A stretch of 63,839 nucleotides of DNA, filler included, from Octopus bimaculoides (lineage: Eukaryota): assembly GCF_001194135.2 (NCBI RefSeq). It is 12 parts of 11 records of this genome, joined end to end, with 100 filler letters (N's around TTAATTAATTAA, not from the genome) between each part and the next. Parts side by side here need not be neighbours in the genome. Positions count along the whole stretch, not along the records: positions 62,693 to 63,839 come from NW_026412259.1; 11 more parts are not named here. The stretch is one strand, 5' to 3'. Below, piece after piece: positions 62,695 to 63,839 of this stretch (position 1 is its first letter; each line of letters begins with the position of its first letter). Under the pieces are notes generated by a model. It was not told where the DNA came from. It saw only the letters and a list, made by a program, of their open reading frames with translations, and searched no databases. Both the position numbers and the translations under genes were made by a program.

Positions 62695-63420
62695 ATTCCC
62701 TTGACTGGACACAAATGTATTCATACAGGGGAGAAGCCATATGACTGTGATATTTGTGATTCATCATTCTCTGAAAATACTACATTAACAAAACACTATC
62801 GTATTCATACAGGAGAGAAACCATATCATTGTGATATTTGTGGTAAATCATTCTCTAACAGAAGTCAGGTTACTGTGCACAAACGTACTCATACAGGAGA
62901 GAAACCATATCATTGTGATATCTGTGGTAAATCGTTCTCTGAAAATACTACGTTAACAAAACACTATCGTATTCATACTGGAGAGAAACCATATCATTGT
63001 GATATCTGTGGTAAGTCATTCTCTAATGGTAGTCACGTTACTGTGCACAAACGTACTCATACAGGAGAGAGACCATATCATTGTGATATCTGTGGTAAAT
63101 CGTTCTCTCATAATACTTCCTTACCAAAACACAAACGTATTCATACAGGAGAGAAACCATATCATTGTGATGTCTGTGGTGAATCATTCTCTCAAAGTCA
63201 TCATTTAAAAATACACATTCGTATTCATACAGGAGAGAAACCATATCATTGTGATATCTGTGGTAAATCATTCTCTCAAAGTAGTCACTTAAAAATACAC
63301 ATTCGTAATCATACAGGAGAGAAACCATGTCAGTGTGACATCTGTGGTAAATCGTTCTCTGAAAATCATAACTTAACTTCACACAGACGTATTCATACAA
63401 GGGAGAAAGGAAAAGGGTAA
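62695..63420 (+). CDS. Tandem C2H2 zinc-finger protein, cephalopod-expansion type; 5' part lost in the linker gap
   Basis: One partial and eight complete C-x2-C-x12-H-x3-H fingers at 84-bp period with TGE(K/R)P linkers; no internal stop; TAA at 63418-63420; the ORF-track start is a TTG, not a real initiator. Confidence 0.92.
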   Translation: MPLTGHKCIHTGEKPYDCDICDSSFSENTTLTKHYRIHTGEKPYHCDICGKSFSNRSQVTVHKRTHTGEKPYHCDICGKSFSENTTLTKHYRIHTGEKPYHCDICGKSFSNGSHVTVHKRTHTGERPYHCDICGKSFSHNTSLPKHKRIHTGEKPYHCDVCGESFSQSHHLKIHIRIHTGEKPYHCDICGKSFSQSSHLKIHIRNHTGEKPCQCDICGKSFSENHNLTSHRRIHTREKGKG

Positions 63421-63839
63421 TTCCTATGTTTTATGGAATGGAATTTCTAACCAAAATATTTGTAGAAATTTTCAAATTTGTTTCTGGTTTGCTTTTCTCT
63501 CCTCCACCTCCTTCCATGGCTACTCATCTATTTTCTTTTCCATGATGTAAGGACCTCTATACCAACACCCCTCCTCCTGGAAACCCTACACATGATTCTT
63601 TCTTGAGTATTGTATCCTGAAATTACAGTATATTTATTGTTCATTATCTTTTAATTAATTCACTCATTAAATATTTTATACAATAACACAAGTTATGACT
63701 TTTTCATTAAAGTTGTCAAATACATACATAAACAATGACCCCCAAGTACTCCGAAGTGTGCAGAAGGATAATGTCATGTTTGCATTCATTGATTCAAAAG
63801 AAAGAGGCATGGAAGTGCAAATATGAAAGGCTAGTAAAT

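Noticed and set aside
63038-63400. Antisense 120-aa ORF and shifted-frame ORF over the zinc-finger gene
   Set aside because: Shadows of the 84-bp periodic coding repeat

Overview
AT-rich, gappy, microsatellite-saturated animal genomic DNA. The SINE repertoire and the [16 protein letters not shown] zinc-finger signature point to an octopus, probably the Octopus bimaculoides draft assembly (inference, not a database match). The only host gene I can support is a 5'-truncated tandem C2H2 zinc-finger ORF at the right end (62695-63420; 8 complete fingers). The rest is repeats. There are about 40 SINE-type copies in six window-defined families (A-F, my labels), seven fragments of RLE-type (R4/Dong-like) LINEs, and several RTE-clade pieces. 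Smaller remnants include mariner, Gypsy, CR1/L2-like and Helitron-like fragments. Eleven 100-bp N44-TTAATTAATTAA-N44 linkers are assembly artefacts. Nearly all ORFs in the supplied track are microsatellite or N-gap artefacts. The most interesting observations are: (1) a tRNA-headed SINE whose 3' part folds into a Penelope-type minimal hammerhead ribozyme (17070-17336); (2) an RTE LINE with a complete C4HC3 PHD finger inside its RT region (29722-29853); (3) RLE LINEs flanked by two different microsatellites, (TAA)n and (TACA)n; (4) a CUUGU-loop hairpin kept across otherwise unrelated SINE tails.
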